The translations under genes and the position numbers were made by a program. From Vicugna vicugna (Eukaryota), in assembly GCA_013265495.1 (NCBI GenBank), contig MU058844.1, forward strand, positions 10,314,184 to 10,378,183: 64,000 nt of DNA, read 5' to 3'. Of the stretch, positions 12,131 through 25,521 are shown one piece after another (position 1 is the stretch's first letter; every line of letters begins with the position of its first letter). The notes below the pieces were generated by a model. That model made no database searches, was not told where the DNA came from, and saw nothing but the letters and a program-made list of their open reading frames with translations.

Positions 12131-14059
12131 TAATACCACTGACCAAAGAAAAGTACGTAAAGGATATCCAGAAGTAATGCATACATTACTAGACCCAGAT
12201 TTTAGTTTTGTAAATGGCAAAGTTTTGTTCTGGGGAAGATAATAGGTCTTTTTCACTTTCTTTACTTTTGTTTAAAAATTTACTGTCTCTAAAGGATTTA
12301 TACATTAATTATTTCCCAGTAGTTTTCAGGAAAAAGGTTTTTTTCCCTTAGTACTGATGAAGAAACTAAGGCAAGTTTGAATGACTTAAGGTTGCATGGC
12401 TAGCAATGGTGAAAGTTTCTTCCCACTAGTTCCCCCCCCCCCTCTATTCTCTGCTCTTTGGCTGTGCAGAAGGCTGACATACTTTGAAGAGCTCCATTCA
12501 CACAGGGGTGGACCTGTGCCACTTTAGTTAGTCCTCATGTTATAAACTCAGCACTGTCTAACCTGAAATGGCATTCTGGTCCTATCTTCATTTTGACTTG
12601 GTGTTCTAAATAAAGCTGTTAAAATTACTTTTAGTCACAAGGACCTACAATAATGTGAAGTGACCAGAAGTTGGTTCCTTGTGCTAGGTGACTGTGGACA
12701 TTACTCTTAAGGGCAGGTTTGCCTATTTTGACCCAATAGGTACTTTTATTTTATCTTTACGTGGCCAGACAGATTGAGGAATTAATTACTTCCAAGGCTA
12801 AATTATTTGCAGGGCTTAAATTTTGTCACTTTTAAACCCTTTGCCTATCCGTACTCCCCCAATTCACCTATGTCTCTTTGTTTATTATATTCTGTAAACT
12901 TGTCCATCATCTTCTTTGCCCAGTGGTACATGTGAACTCCCATCTTGCAAGGAAAAACAATGGACAGGTAAACAAGAACAAGGGAATTAGTAAACCATCT
13001 CCAGCTGACACTTCTCACTGCCGTCATCACGCAGATCCCGTATCCCACCAAGCTGGGATAGGAGGGAAGAGATTTTTCTGGCTTCCAAAGTTGATTTTGG
13101 AACATATTAATATATGTTGTGTTTAGGTTTTACTGTTAAAATTATACATGAGATACATTAAGGTTGAGTAGAATATTGTTTCCAGGAAGAAAAATTTTCC
13201 TAGTTCCAAACAATTGAAACAGTTTGTTCATTTTAAATAGAGGATTGTTTAGATCTTGCTTTGTGCTAACATCTTTCAGTTACAAGTAACAGAAAATCCA
13301 GCTTAAACTGGATTAAACAAAGAGAATTTATTGTATTCCAGTTATATTACACAATCCACTAGGTCAGCTTCATCCTCAGGATGGTTTACCTCATAGGATT
13401 GGGATTATAATAACTAGTTTAGGCCAGACGAGGCCTCCCACTGAGACGTTGCAGCTGTTTTGCTATTAATGTGGGCTGCGTGACCGTCTCACCTAAACCT
13501 AATGACTGGTATACCATGAGGAAAAGAGAGAATGGAGGTTAAGACACTTAACGCACCCTGAAATCCTCCACAATAGGCAAATAAAGTACTTCCACCCAGT
13601 AAGTGTGTTGCACTCTTATGAAACTTTGTAGCATTAGCCTTTATCTTTCTATGAAAAATATGAGCAGCACAATTCTGTGCTTTTTCTGAAATTGTATTAT
13701 CATCACCTCAAAAGTGTGTTTGATAATAAAACTTATATTTGGTTTATAGAATCCAAGTTCACCACATTGAAAAATGGCTTTGTGGCATATACTTTTTTGC
13801 TTCAGAGAAAAGTAAATTATAATTTGCCAAAAAGTTGTTGAAATTTTTGAATTGCATACGAAGCTGCCTACAGGATATAAACTAAGAGAAAATCAAGGTA
13901 AAATTTGATCACAGAAAATTTGAATTAGTTTATCATAATACCATTCGTTATTCCTTAAGTAGTATTCCATTGCTTTGGTTATTATGATTTGCTTTCTTTA
14001 AATTACTGGATGGTAACTTTTACCATGCAAAGCACATTGGTAATAAATCAGGAATTTAA

Positions 14060-15190
14060 GTAAGACACCAAGGCAAGAAACCATAAAGAAAAGATTAACA
14101 GATTTGATTATTTAAACATGTAAAGTTAAACAGTGGCAAAAAAGAGACACTCATTAAAATTGAGACACATATTTGTTCAGTCAAAAGTAAATAATCTTAG
14201 CTCTCTTTCATATTATTTTAAAGATTAATATTTGTACTGTTTGAAAAACATAGTAAAAAATAAATGGAGGCAGAATCCATGAAATTTATAAATGTTACAA
14301 AAGAAGAAGTCTAAGTGGATGGCCAGTAAGCTTGAAATGTGTATTTAATCTCATTAATAAACCAAAGACATAACAAGTAATACAAAAGTGAAATTGCAAA
14401 GGTTAATAATGCCCAGGTTTGGCATGATTTAATATTGAAATAGGCATTTTCATACAAGACTTTGGGGCTATAATAGATTCATTTTCTTTGGAGATAAGTT
14501 TAGCAATACAAATCTGAAGACTTGTAAAAAAGTTCATGCCTTTTAGTTTAGCCTTTTTACTTCGAGAAATTTGTTCCCAGTGAAATGACTTCAGGGTGCA
14601 AAGACAAATATACTGAGTGTTAATAGCAGCATGGCTCTTAAAATAATTGAAAACACCCTAAGTGTCTGTTAGATGAGAAGAGATTAAATAAAATAATTTG
14701 CATGGATAGATATTTTATGTATTTACGTAGATAGGTATATAGAAAAGGTTAACAATGGTTATCTAGGGGGGTTGAGAGATGGGGAATTATAGAGGAACTT
14801 TTTATACTGTGGTACTTACATTAGCTTATGGTACTGAATCAGAAAAATTTTAAAGGGTATTTTTACTTTGGAAAAAGAACTTTAAAACGCAGGGAGCAAG
14901 GACAGTATGCTAAGTGAAAAACTGGTCACAAAAAACAGTATATGATCTGTATGATTCCACTTATATGGGGTACCTGAAGTATTGAAATTCATGGAAACAG
15001 AAAATAGAATTGTGGTTTCCAGAAGCTGAGGGTCGGAGGATATGGAGAGTTCAGTTTTGCAAGATAAAAAAAGATGCTAGAGAGAGCTGTTGCACAACAA
15101 TGTGAATCAAGTCAGCACTACTCGACTATACTCTTAAAAGTGGCTTAGATAGTATATTTCTTTGTTGTGTGTTTTTACTATAATTTCTAA
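14060..15190 (+). mobile_element. Degraded old L1 fragments (ORF2 3' part and 3'UTR)
   Basis: ccataaagaaaagattaacagatttgattatttaaa and atgctaagtgaaaa...tgtatgattccacttatatg...ttgcacaacaatgtgaat L1M-type motifs; boundaries approximate. Confidence 0.6.
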
Positions 15191-15409
15191 AATATAAAAT
15201 ATAACCAGTGATAGCACCATGATTTTTAAAGACAAAGAAATAGAATTTGAGTGATTTCTGTGACTGCCTGGAGTTCTTATTTATTCTTAAAATTTAAATC
15301 AGTGAACCAGAGCGCAGACTGTGAGGTGAGATAACAATATTTTCATTTGATACGTATACATTTTATTTCATGCATGGATATTTTCCTGAATTTGAATAAA
15401 TAGTATCTT

Positions 15410-15590
15410 TTGTTTGTTTCATTGAGATATAGTAGACATATAAGATGTTAGTTTCACATGTATAAAATTGTTATTCAATGTTTGTATATTGTGAAATGAT
15501 CAGTATAGTAAGACTAGTTAACATCCATCACCACACATAATTACAAATTTTTTTTGTGATAAGAACTTTAAAAATTTACTCTTAGCAGCA
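15410..15590 (-). mobile_element. L1MA-type 3' end fragment
   Basis: attgagatatagtagacata...tagttaacatccatcaccacacataattac...atttactcttagca. Confidence 0.65.
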
Positions 15591-16614
15591 TATGAATTTA
15601 AATATCTTGAAAATTGAGATTTAATATCAAATTATTAGTTTATTATAAAACTAAAGAATAAATCAATAAAGTAAAGCATTAATCAAAAAAATAGGAAGCA
15701 AGTACAGAATTGGTTTTGCAAAGGAAATTTAAATAGATTTTATTAACACATTTTTAGTCCAAATTAGACTTCAGACAGTCCCAAAGGATTTGAATAATTT
15801 CACAATGCATTCAAAGTTACATATAATGGGGGAGGGGGACTAAATTCAAGAGTATAACAAACTGTTTCTGAATAGTTACTTTATAGAAAATTATAGATTC
15901 AGAGAGTGTTTCAATAGAAAGAGAAAGAGCTAAAGAGGACCACCAAAAATAAATTAATCAATTCCAGTAAGACTATTTTATCCTATTAATCATTTCAGCA
16001 TTTAGATAAGAAGTATTATTGGAATTTCAATACTTGCTTAAAAAATTAATCATAATTTATTATCACCTAATTACTAAACTTTGAAAGAATATACAGCTGG
16101 ATTTCCAGAAAGTAAATTTTCAACAAAATTTGTATATACTGTTGTATGTAAAATACTTTAAATATTCATTTGTTTGTCTCTCATGTTACTGCCTCAAAAA
16201 TAGAAAAATGGGAAAAATAGTTGCATTAAAAGATATCACATAGTTAACTTGCGTATCTTAATGTAAATACGTTACTTTCTCCTGCTAAGTAGGTATAAGT
16301 TGTGGATATATGTCTTAGTTTCTCTTTTTTTTTCCTTCTAATTAAAAAAAATAATGTGTGGTGGCATTTGTAGGAATTCACAAAAAGTGACTATAAATTG
16401 CAAAATGTAATTTTATAGTATTAGGCATGTAGAAATATACAGTGACTATTCTAGAACTTCTTTCCAAGATCAGCCACATTAAAGTTAAAACATATAATAA
16501 ATGTTAGTTTAATAGTGTGAAAACAGTTTTGATGTTACATTTACTTGATTAATCAGTGTTACTTTAATGAAAGCATAAAGATTTAGTTATGCCTTTGTTT
16601 TTCTCTCTTTATAG

Positions 16615-16631
16615 ACGGATTCCATTTCTAG
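16615..16631 (+). CDS. PPP1R12A: PPP1R12A microexon (E20), 17 nt: TDSIS(R)
   Basis: Strong pyrimidine tract cctttgtttttctctctttatag|, donor |gtatgt; required to join phase-0 E19 to phase-2 E21 and restores ETQTDSISRYETS. Confidence 0.93.
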
Positions 16632-17830
16632 GTATGTATTACTTTTTTTTTTTACTGACCTTTTTCTCATTTGTATTCTTTCTGAAAATATGTTGCTAGA
16701 TACATATGAATTTTTAAGTTGATAGAATTATTTTAGTAATAAAAATCTATAGATGTTTAGATGACTTACTGTTACTAGCTTTCTTTGTCAGTTACTTTAC
16801 TTCTAGTTCAGTAGTCACAGTAAGTCACTAAGAAGAAAGATTTTTCTCAAATCTGCAACAGTGATAAGTTTTCCTAAGCTTCCTAAGTTACTTCAGCATT
16901 GACCATCTCATTATTCACATCAGGAGCTGAAGAAACCCACCAGAAATTTATTTCATTAGGCATTCAGAATCTTTTCTCTTATCCTTACTGTAGATCAAAG
17001 AAAACCAGTGAAGACACTTGTAAAAAGTGTCATGTAGCTCAAATTGTTCTTTTCAGGGAACCTCCACAATACCCTTGAATCTAGTTTTCATTCCTCTTCT
17101 CTTGCCCATCATTGTTAACAAAGCCTTGTAAAACCAAGAACAAATTTTTATATACTTATGTTGTATTAAATTGAAATGTGGGGACAGTAGCATTTATCAG
17201 AAAAGGTAATCCAAATTTAGAACCCGATAATAAGAGGATCCTCATCTTCAAATGCGTTATGTTCTTCTTGTTTAAGACAAACTTATTACTGTTGTCCCTT
17301 GGTGTCCCCGAGGGATTGGTTCCAGGAATTCTCCTCCCCCACAGATACCAAAATTCACAAATGCTGAAGTCCTTTCTTAAATTGGCATAGTACTGTCAAT
17401 TTGGATAGACTGTAGTTCATCATCTAAAATGTTACTTGATTTTAAAATATAATTATATTGTATGCCACTTTAAAAAAGGAAAAATGGTATCAGTTAAACT
17501 AAAATACACCATTAACTGTAAGCCTTGTTCTGATTTCAGAAGTGTGAAAAAAATACACAGTTTAAAATAGTTGAAATAATTTATCATGATGTAAAACCAG
17601 TTTTTACTTTCAGATACAGAAATTTTGAATCCCTTTCTCAAATAATTGAAATTAGTATTAAAAATAACTTCCCAATTATTTATGATGTATCATGAAAGTT
17701 GATTAGATAGCAGATGAAGAAGAATGTTGCCTACTATTTTGGAGTATCAGTAATAGATGCTAAGACGTATGTTAACGTAAGTGGTGAAAGCCTGTAATAA
17801 GGATTTTGACTCTAAACTCATCTTTTGAAG

Positions 17831-17966
17831 ATATGAAACCAGTTCCACATCAGCTAGTGATCGGTATGATTCCTCACTGGGTCGGTCTGTATCTTACAGT
17901 TACTTAGAAGAAAGAAAACCTTACGGTAGCAGGCTAGAGAAGGATGATTCAACTGACTTTAAAAAG
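17831..17966 (+). CDS. PPP1R12A: PPP1R12A coding exon (E21), 136 nt: YETSSTSASDRYDSSLGRSVSYSYLEERKPYGSRLEKDDSTDFKK; Ser910-equivalent site
   Basis: tcttttgaag| acceptor, |gtattt donor, phase 2-0. Confidence 0.96.
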
Positions 17967-18253
17967 GTATTTGGGTTATTTAGTTATGCTTAATGTAAAA
18001 TAATCTTTTTGTTGAGATATTTATGTTTGGATGTTACTCTTGGAAACTCGTAATTAAATCAGTTTCTTGAAATAACTTACTTTAATTTTCAGTTTTGGTC
18101 AATTAATGGTAAATAGAATATAAATAGCTGTTTGTTTGTTTTCTAAAGGAATGGGGCCAGGACTTTACTTCACATTTAAGTGTCTTAGGCCAGTACTGTG
18201 ATACTGTGATTGGGCTGAAAGAGGGAACAATGAGTAGATTTGGGGTGGGGGGA

Positions 18254-18255
<2 letters not shown>

Positions 18256-18285
<30 letters not shown>
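18256..18285. repeat. (GT)15 microsatellite
   Basis: Direct inspection. Confidence 0.95.
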
Positions 18286-18291
<6 letters not shown>

Positions 18292-18654
18292 CTTTTCCTG
18301 ATCTATTTGTTAACAAGAAACAGCCAAATATAGCTTTTCCCAGGAGCTTGTCCCAGGAGAATAGTTTTTACTAGGTAACTGACTTGTGATAGTTCAGGTG
18401 CTATTAAGGATGAAGCATTGAACTAATTAAGAAATAAGTCCTAGAAATTCAACAATCTAGGATTCTGATGATTTTAATTCTTCATAGCATAAGCTTCAAA
18501 TAAACCTAACAAAGTTTGTTGGATGACAAAGCCTGTGGTATTTGTACATGTCCCCAGATGTCTGGCATCTGTTTGAATTGTCCAGTTTCTTACAAGCCAA
18601 ATCTACAAGAGAAGGAAGGTAGAGCATCAGTTTACATTAGGAATAAGATTCACT

Positions 18655-19390
18655 TATCATTCAGTTAGGAGCTGAACACTGAACTGTGCTAAGTAGTGGA
18701 CTTCTACTCATGGGCAATAGAGATGGAGGTACTGTCCCTGCTTTTATGAGCATCTTCCAGGTAGTAGGCAAACAGACATTATCATATAGTCATAATAATA
18801 AATGTTTAATTTAAAAATTAAAACAATTATCCTGAAGTAAACAAACCATTTTATAAAAGTGTGTAACAAAAGAAAGTGACAGGGCATAAGGATAGATCTC
18901 CTAAGGAAGTAAAATTTCAGCCAAGAACAGAAGGATGATTAGCAGTTAACTGGCAAAAATGGGAGAAAAAAGTGTTCCAGGTGGAGGGAACCGCAAGCAA
19001 GCACACAGACCAGCCTGGTGGTGGGAGTGTACGTGATGCATTGAAGCAATTAAATTTTCAGTGTGGCTGCTAGAGCCCAGGGGGTGATGGCCAGATGTGT
19101 AGGCTAGGACAGTGCCTTACGGGCTGTTTTAAGGATATCCTTATATGGAGAACATTGGGGCGCCATTCAGAGGTTTTTAGTGTATGGGGGTAAAGGAATG
19201 GTTGGTATATGAAAATTATGTAATTGTCCTTTTAAAAAGCTAACTCTTGCTGTTGTGTATAAAACAGTTTAGAAGGGAGGTCAGGAGAATAATTCTAATA
19301 ATAGAAATGTCTAGATAAGAGATGATTATAGTCATCTATGATGGTAGTAATAGAGATGAGGGGCAAAGAAGTAGTAGATTCAAGTGTTAC
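18655..19390 (-). mobile_element. L2 LINE fragment
   Basis: ctgtgctaag...ctgtccctgcttttatgagc...tgttccaggtggagggaaccgcaag L2 antisense motifs; boundaries approximate. Confidence 0.6.
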
Positions 19391-19883
19391 GAAATGTTCA
19401 AGAAATATTTCACTTTCCTTTAAAAATAATACAAGTATAATGATAAATGCAACTGTTAACTCCATCTCAGTCTCAGAAATTAAGGAGGAAATGGGAGGCT
19501 GAAAAGCTCACAGACTCCAAATAAAGATCACCCTGGCTCCTTAACTCCAGCTATAGTCACTGTGCAGATATGTGGTCCCCTTCTTTATCAGATAACTGAA
19601 TTTTTTTTTAATGGAAACTGTAAGGCCGGGATTTTTTCAGTGAAGTCATACATTTTAAATACTGAAAGTAGTATTTAAAGAGTTTTTGTGGGAGAAACAC
19701 ATCTGCATAACTAAAAAATTTTGCTTTGAAGCCATAAAGCATTAAAATATTTTAATGCATTCCTTAATAACTCATGTTATATTAATTTGTCTGTTTTAAT
19801 ATTGCAAAGTAATCAATGAGAAATTTTCTTAAAATAATAAGAAAGCAGAAAAGTAATTTGTTCTTCTTTCCTGATTTGTATAG

Positions 19884-19988
19884 CTTTATGAACAAATTCT
19901 AGCTGAAAATGAAAAGCTGAAAGCACAGCTACATGATACAAATATGGAACTGACAGATCTTAAATTACAATTGGAAAAGGCCACCCAG
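19884..19988 (+). CDS. PPP1R12A: PPP1R12A coding exon (E22), 105 nt: LYEQILAENEKLKAQLHDTNMELTDLKLQLEKATQ (coiled coil)
   Basis: gtatag| acceptor, |gtttgt donor, phase 0-0; heptad pattern. Confidence 0.97.
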
Positions 19989-22900
19989 GTTTGTACCTTT
20001 TTCTCTTTGTTACTCTGAAAGTAATGGTTGTGATTTATCCTATCTAAAAGTTCCAGTGAAATGTTCTCTGGTGTTAGTTGTAGGCATAAGTTTGGTTACT
20101 GATAATAATTTGTTTGTTAGTAAGAAGGAATCAAGATAATACTGTTTACTGATAATTTACTTTTTTTAAGTAAATTAAAAATATAGACGTATAGCCTTAT
20201 GGTGGAAAGTCAAAGTGTTTTTAAGCCTTTTAATACTTATGTTGTGGTACGTGAAGAATTTCAAATGCTTATTTCCAGCATACGAGATGTAGCAGGGCAA
20301 TAAAAGCATCTGTATAGAATCTTCTTAAAGCCATAAAATTTCTTTGTGATTTTTATTTGTTATGAATGTTTCCTGTTTGGTCAAAAAAATTAATTTGATG
20401 TAATAATGCTAGAATAAGCCAGTTTTAGTCATAACCTGTTTTATCTTCCTTCTGTGCAACAACCCAGCAGAGATAGTCTTAGACAAGAAAATTAGGATAG
20501 CCAAGCAGAACTCCCAGCCTTCCACATATGGTCCAGGATGTGTATGAGGCAAGTTTCCCAAGCTCTTTTTTCATAAAACAGTAGTTCTGGGAGATAGTAA
20601 TTAGACACATTCCCTCCTCCTTCTCTTCCTTCCCTCATTCAAAACAAATAAACAAAAAGAGCTTCGTGATCCAAGAAACTTGGGAAATACTATATACTTT
20701 ATCTTAGAGATATTACAGAGTTTATTTATATGTTAAAGGCTCTAAGGAGTCCTGTAATTTTTAAGGAAACAAACTTTTTTTCCTTTCTTTTGGGGGGGGC
20801 ATGGTTTATTATTTTTTTTGTACACTTCAGAAAAGTCCATACACACTTATATTGTCCCCCTACTACTATTAGGGAGTTAAAGAAACAAACTTCATTTTAA
20901 CATGAGACTTTCTAACACAGACACATTTCTGCAGTAAACTTAGAATCTAGTTTGGAAACGCTGGTCTAAAATGGCATCTCCAGTTCTATAAATGAGACTG
21001 CATACTTTCTTTGGGCATTCTTCATTCTTTCACACTTCTCTTTTTCATAAATTTTGAAGTTAATTCTCTATGTTGAATTTACACTTGTTTGTTACCAGGT
21101 TCGTTTCTGTTGTTGTTGTTAACTGCTATTACATTGTGAAGCAGTTCTCTGTGCACTGGAGCTATGCTAAAATTCCAGGTATCAAACTAACCTTATAAGG
21201 TTATGAAGACTCTAGATTTCATCAGTTAATGAGGGCTTACTGTCAAGATACACACAGAAGCATTGCAGAACAAGAACACATTTCATAGGTGTCATAAAAA
21301 CTAGGAATGTCACACAAGTTTAAACTTGCTGATTTAACCCTTAGGCTTCCTGGTAAACTGGAATGTCATCATTCAGGTTGCATTAGTAGCTTAGTGAGCC
21401 TCCACACATAAAAATATTGTAACTAGTTCTCTGAAAATAGTTTCAGCTCTAGAGATTTGGTCATAAATTTTCTATATAAAACTGTCCTCTGCTCCCTACT
21501 GTAGTGTTCTATCATTACAGCGGCTCATCTAAATCTGTATTTCCACTGCTTACTGCCTCCTCTGTTCCTCTGCTCTTCTGCCTACCCTGTTGTCATCTAA
21601 TTCTTCCTATATGTTTCTCATTCAGACCTACAAGAGAGGGAAACTGATAGAATTAGCCAGTTATCGTCAGTGTGGAGCAGTCCTGTTAGTGCTGCGTGTT
21701 AGTCCCATTAGTGACCATTTCATACATAGGATACAGGGCAGCTATATATAGCAAGCTGCTTTGGGGTCAGGTACCAATTTCTGATCCCATTGACTGTGGC
21801 CAGAGAAATAAATCACTAGATTAAAGAGTATGACAACTTCTGCCTTAGCATGCCCGATATACTTAAGAATGGGAAGGGTACTTCAGAGTATGAGATACTG
21901 AGTAAGTATTCAAAGTTAATATCTTAGTTGGAAATACTATAAATATGTCATTTCAGAAATTTAGATTTAAATTTAATTTGTAAAACTGATAAACATTAAA
22001 CTTTTGTTCAGCTTTATTTATCCTGAGCATTTAAGTCTACTGTGAATCCTTCAGCCTGATTTTTTTAAATATTACTTTCATAACTATTCATGAGTTTTGA
22101 AATTGCATGGAATTGTTCCAAGGGATCTATCTTCCATTAGGAATTAATCTTGAAGTTTAGGTCTATTTGATAGTATTTAGCCAAGGACTGTAGAATCCTT
22201 GAGTCCTGCCTTAGCTCACCCACTCTCCTCCCTGTAGAGAATCCAAGGGAGGGAAATAAACTAACTTACTAGAAACCAGATGATGAATAATTAATCATTT
22301 TGTCAAATGTCAGCTCACCAAACTTACTAATTGTTATTTTAAAAGCTTTAACTAGAATATTTACCAAAAATACTGACTAAAGTTATTTTACCTAAGAAAT
22401 TGGCGGGTGAATTATAAAATTGCTAAAAATCCCCAATAAAATGCTGACTTTCCATCTAAAATTTATTAATTTATATGTGTTGACATTGTTCCAGACATTT
22501 TTTATTTCGTTCAGGTGCTTTTGACTATCTTTTTAACATTTTCCAGTCTTTTAAGCATTTTTACTATTGATTTGCACTTGCTCAAATGGCATATTATCCT
22601 TTGCTTTATTTTTCTAGCAATTAAAATATAAATTTAAATTTACAAACATCAAAAGTGTATCAGAATTAGCTGAAAATATCATATTTGAAATTCTGAATTT
22701 GATTTCTAACAATAAGCAGTTGGGATACATAACTTATTTTTCCAGAAAGAGTTAGCACAAAAAAACATGAAATCATTTAAAACAGCAGATTAGATGGCCA
22801 TGATTAGATCTCAAAATTGTATATACCACAACCATAAAAAAAAGAACTTTACTGGTTTTGTTGTGTGAACAAAGAGTCACACAGCCAGGTCCAAACTACA

Positions 22901-23270
22901 TTGCAGTCAGGGTCCTGGAATCTGAGTATTCAGTTTAGCCACTCTTCCTGGTGGTATAGGAAAGGAGAGAGTTTGAGCATCAGAGGGGAAACTAGGGTGT
23001 TTTGGGCTTCGTTCCGCATTCTTACCCCCAGCTAAACTGTGAAGACGTGAGGAAAAGTGTTACAGAGACCGTAAGAGCTGTGGAGACCATTCTATATTCC
23101 TCTTCATTATTTCAATACAAATCCTGTTTTTTCTTTACTCCCACCTATGTGTTACTCCACCAGAACAGTGTGATTTCTTTGAATACCACAGAGGAGAGTT
23201 ACTGTGGTCCTCCCCTTTTCCCCATCTCTGTTGCACTTACATCCCTTTTATATTTCTTACTACCTTGCAG

Positions 23271-23318
23271 AGACAAGAAAGATTTGCTGATAGGTCATTA
23301 TTGGAAATGGAAAAAAGG
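23271..23318 (+). CDS. PPP1R12A: PPP1R12A coding exon (E23), 48 nt: RQERFADRSLLEMEKR
   Basis: ccttgcag| acceptor, |gtaagt donor, phase 0-0. Confidence 0.97.
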
Positions 23319-25490
23319 GTAAGTGTCCATCTACTTGAATAAGTAATCATTTTCCCCCATTATTGTTTTGTATAAGCAATGGTAGATGTTTTGTTTTTGT
23401 TTTCTTTTTCTTCAGGATGCAAGTTTTAATTAGTTTAAGTTAATATTAATTTGATCATGAATGTTTTCTAGCTTATCTTCATAGAGTTCTATTGGAACTC
23501 TATATGTGAAATTTCATTGTTAAATAAAATTTAATTACCATGTATTCTTTTAATGGATAAAAAAAATCTTGCCTTGATTCTAAAATGTACACATTGTGAT
23601 AGTGAATCTGATATTTTCTCTCCCTTTAATTTTCTGTGGCAGTATACTTAAAAAAATCATATATACATTTAGTTTAATTCCTTACAAAATTAAAATACTT
23701 CCATCTTGAAATAAGGTTTTTAAAGATCTGGGGACCAAAGTTTCTAATTCTTTTTAAATAATTTAATAATACTTAATTTTGAGTTTAAATATTTAACTTA
23801 AGTTGGCTATTTTAAACCAAAAAAAGATTACAAGAAAATCCTTTTACCGTTTTATGTCTTTCTACAATTTTTTATGCAGCTATGATAGATTCACTCGTAT
23901 TTTTCTCCATTTATTGTTATTACTGCTCAAGGATCTGGCAGTGGCCGTAGTTATAACTCCACAACTTTAGTCTGAGCAGTTGAAGATGTATAAATGATCC
24001 AAAGTTAAAGGAAAAGTGCTCTGAGTATCTGCAGTGCGAATGAGCAGCGGCTAGATTTGCAAGGTTTTAGCCAGAGAAGAAATTACATCCTGAGGAGCTA
24101 TGATCTGTAGATCAAAGAATAAATAATCAAGAACAATTGGTATAAGAATTAATTTCTTCCATTCCATTTTAAAAATAGGCAATTTACCTTTTTGACCAAA
24201 AAAAGGGAGAGAAATGATAAAAATGCAGAATATATAAATAAACATAGTTAATGTCTGTGTCATTTTTTAAAATATAAGCTTATAATAACTACTAGTTCCA
24301 TTATGATTTCATCAGATTTTAAAAATCATTGTTTTGGGCCATTTAAAAAACTATTGATCTTACTTGTAACTACTAAAATATTAGAATCACTTATTTTATT
24401 AAATTTAATGATTATTGTTCCTTTCGCAATATAATTTACTGAATTTTATATCCAAGACACAAAAATAGTAATGTTTTCACTTCTCTATTATCCATACTAA
24501 TGGTTGAGATGGAAGACATAGATAACCATATACTTGATCAAAATACTACTTGAGACACATTTTTAAGAATATTTAATTTTTCATATGAAAGTAATGTGTT
24601 TATCACAGAAATTTAGCAAAAGATAAAAATAAAATCTTCATAATCCTATCATGCAGAGATAAGTGATATTTTTATTTCTATCCTTTTTTTTTCCCACCTA
24701 GGCTTTTGTACACACAATACTCACATGTTCTTACTCTGACATTCTCACCTGACCTCCATTTCCTACCTGTCAAATGCAGATAAATTACAAAGTAGCTAAT
24801 CTACTTTCAGTTGAACAGACATTGGTAATCATAGTATTAATAATTGCTAACTTTTATTCATCACTCTCTTACATACCAAGCAGGCACTGGGCTAAGTACT
24901 TGATAATGCATTTTTTTTCTCTTAACCACATTTTTTAATGCTAATAAGTTTATTTGTCAAATGTGAGAAATTGCCTACAACTTAACAGTTGTCAGTTTGG
25001 GAACAAGGTGATTCATTATACTGTTCTTGTCTTGCTTTACCACTAAATAGTTAAAATCTCGAAAGCATGGAATAAAATTGGGGATGATGGGAGTTAACCT
25101 GTCAGTTGGAGGAAATATGCTGTTCCTGATATTTCACAATGTTATGAGGATCAGATATGGTACTATATGTCCTAGTATTTTGAGAAAAGCAATAGTTTTT
25201 ATGAATTTGTCATGGCTGTACTATTAACTGGAAGAAAGGCCTGTTTATCGGAAATGACATTTTTGTCTGTGTAATAATGTTTAAATGCTAATAATAAAAT
25301 AACACAGTATTTATAAGACCATGAGTAGGATTCCATCTATTTTGTAAAATCACATACCCAGAAAAAGTTAACATTTACAGTAAATGTATTGCTTTACTAA
25401 ATATTAACATTAAGTATTAATCTGGGAAAGAATGTCTTGGAAATAGTTTCAGTGTGATTAAACTAAATTTAAATGGTTTGTATCTGAAAG

Positions 25491-25521
25491 GTGACCGGCA
25501 AGAGTCAGTATCTTCTGGGCG
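25491..25521 (+). CDS. PPP1R12A: PPP1R12A alternative 31-nt exon E24; inclusion frameshifts to the leucine-zipper-negative C-terminus VTGKSQYLLGGTKSSRKKNI* (TGA 26273-26275)
   Basis: gaaag|GTGACCGGCAAGAGTCAGTATCTTCTGGGCG|gtatga, exactly 31 nt; the predicted peptide matches the known LZ- tail as I recall it. Confidence 0.95.
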
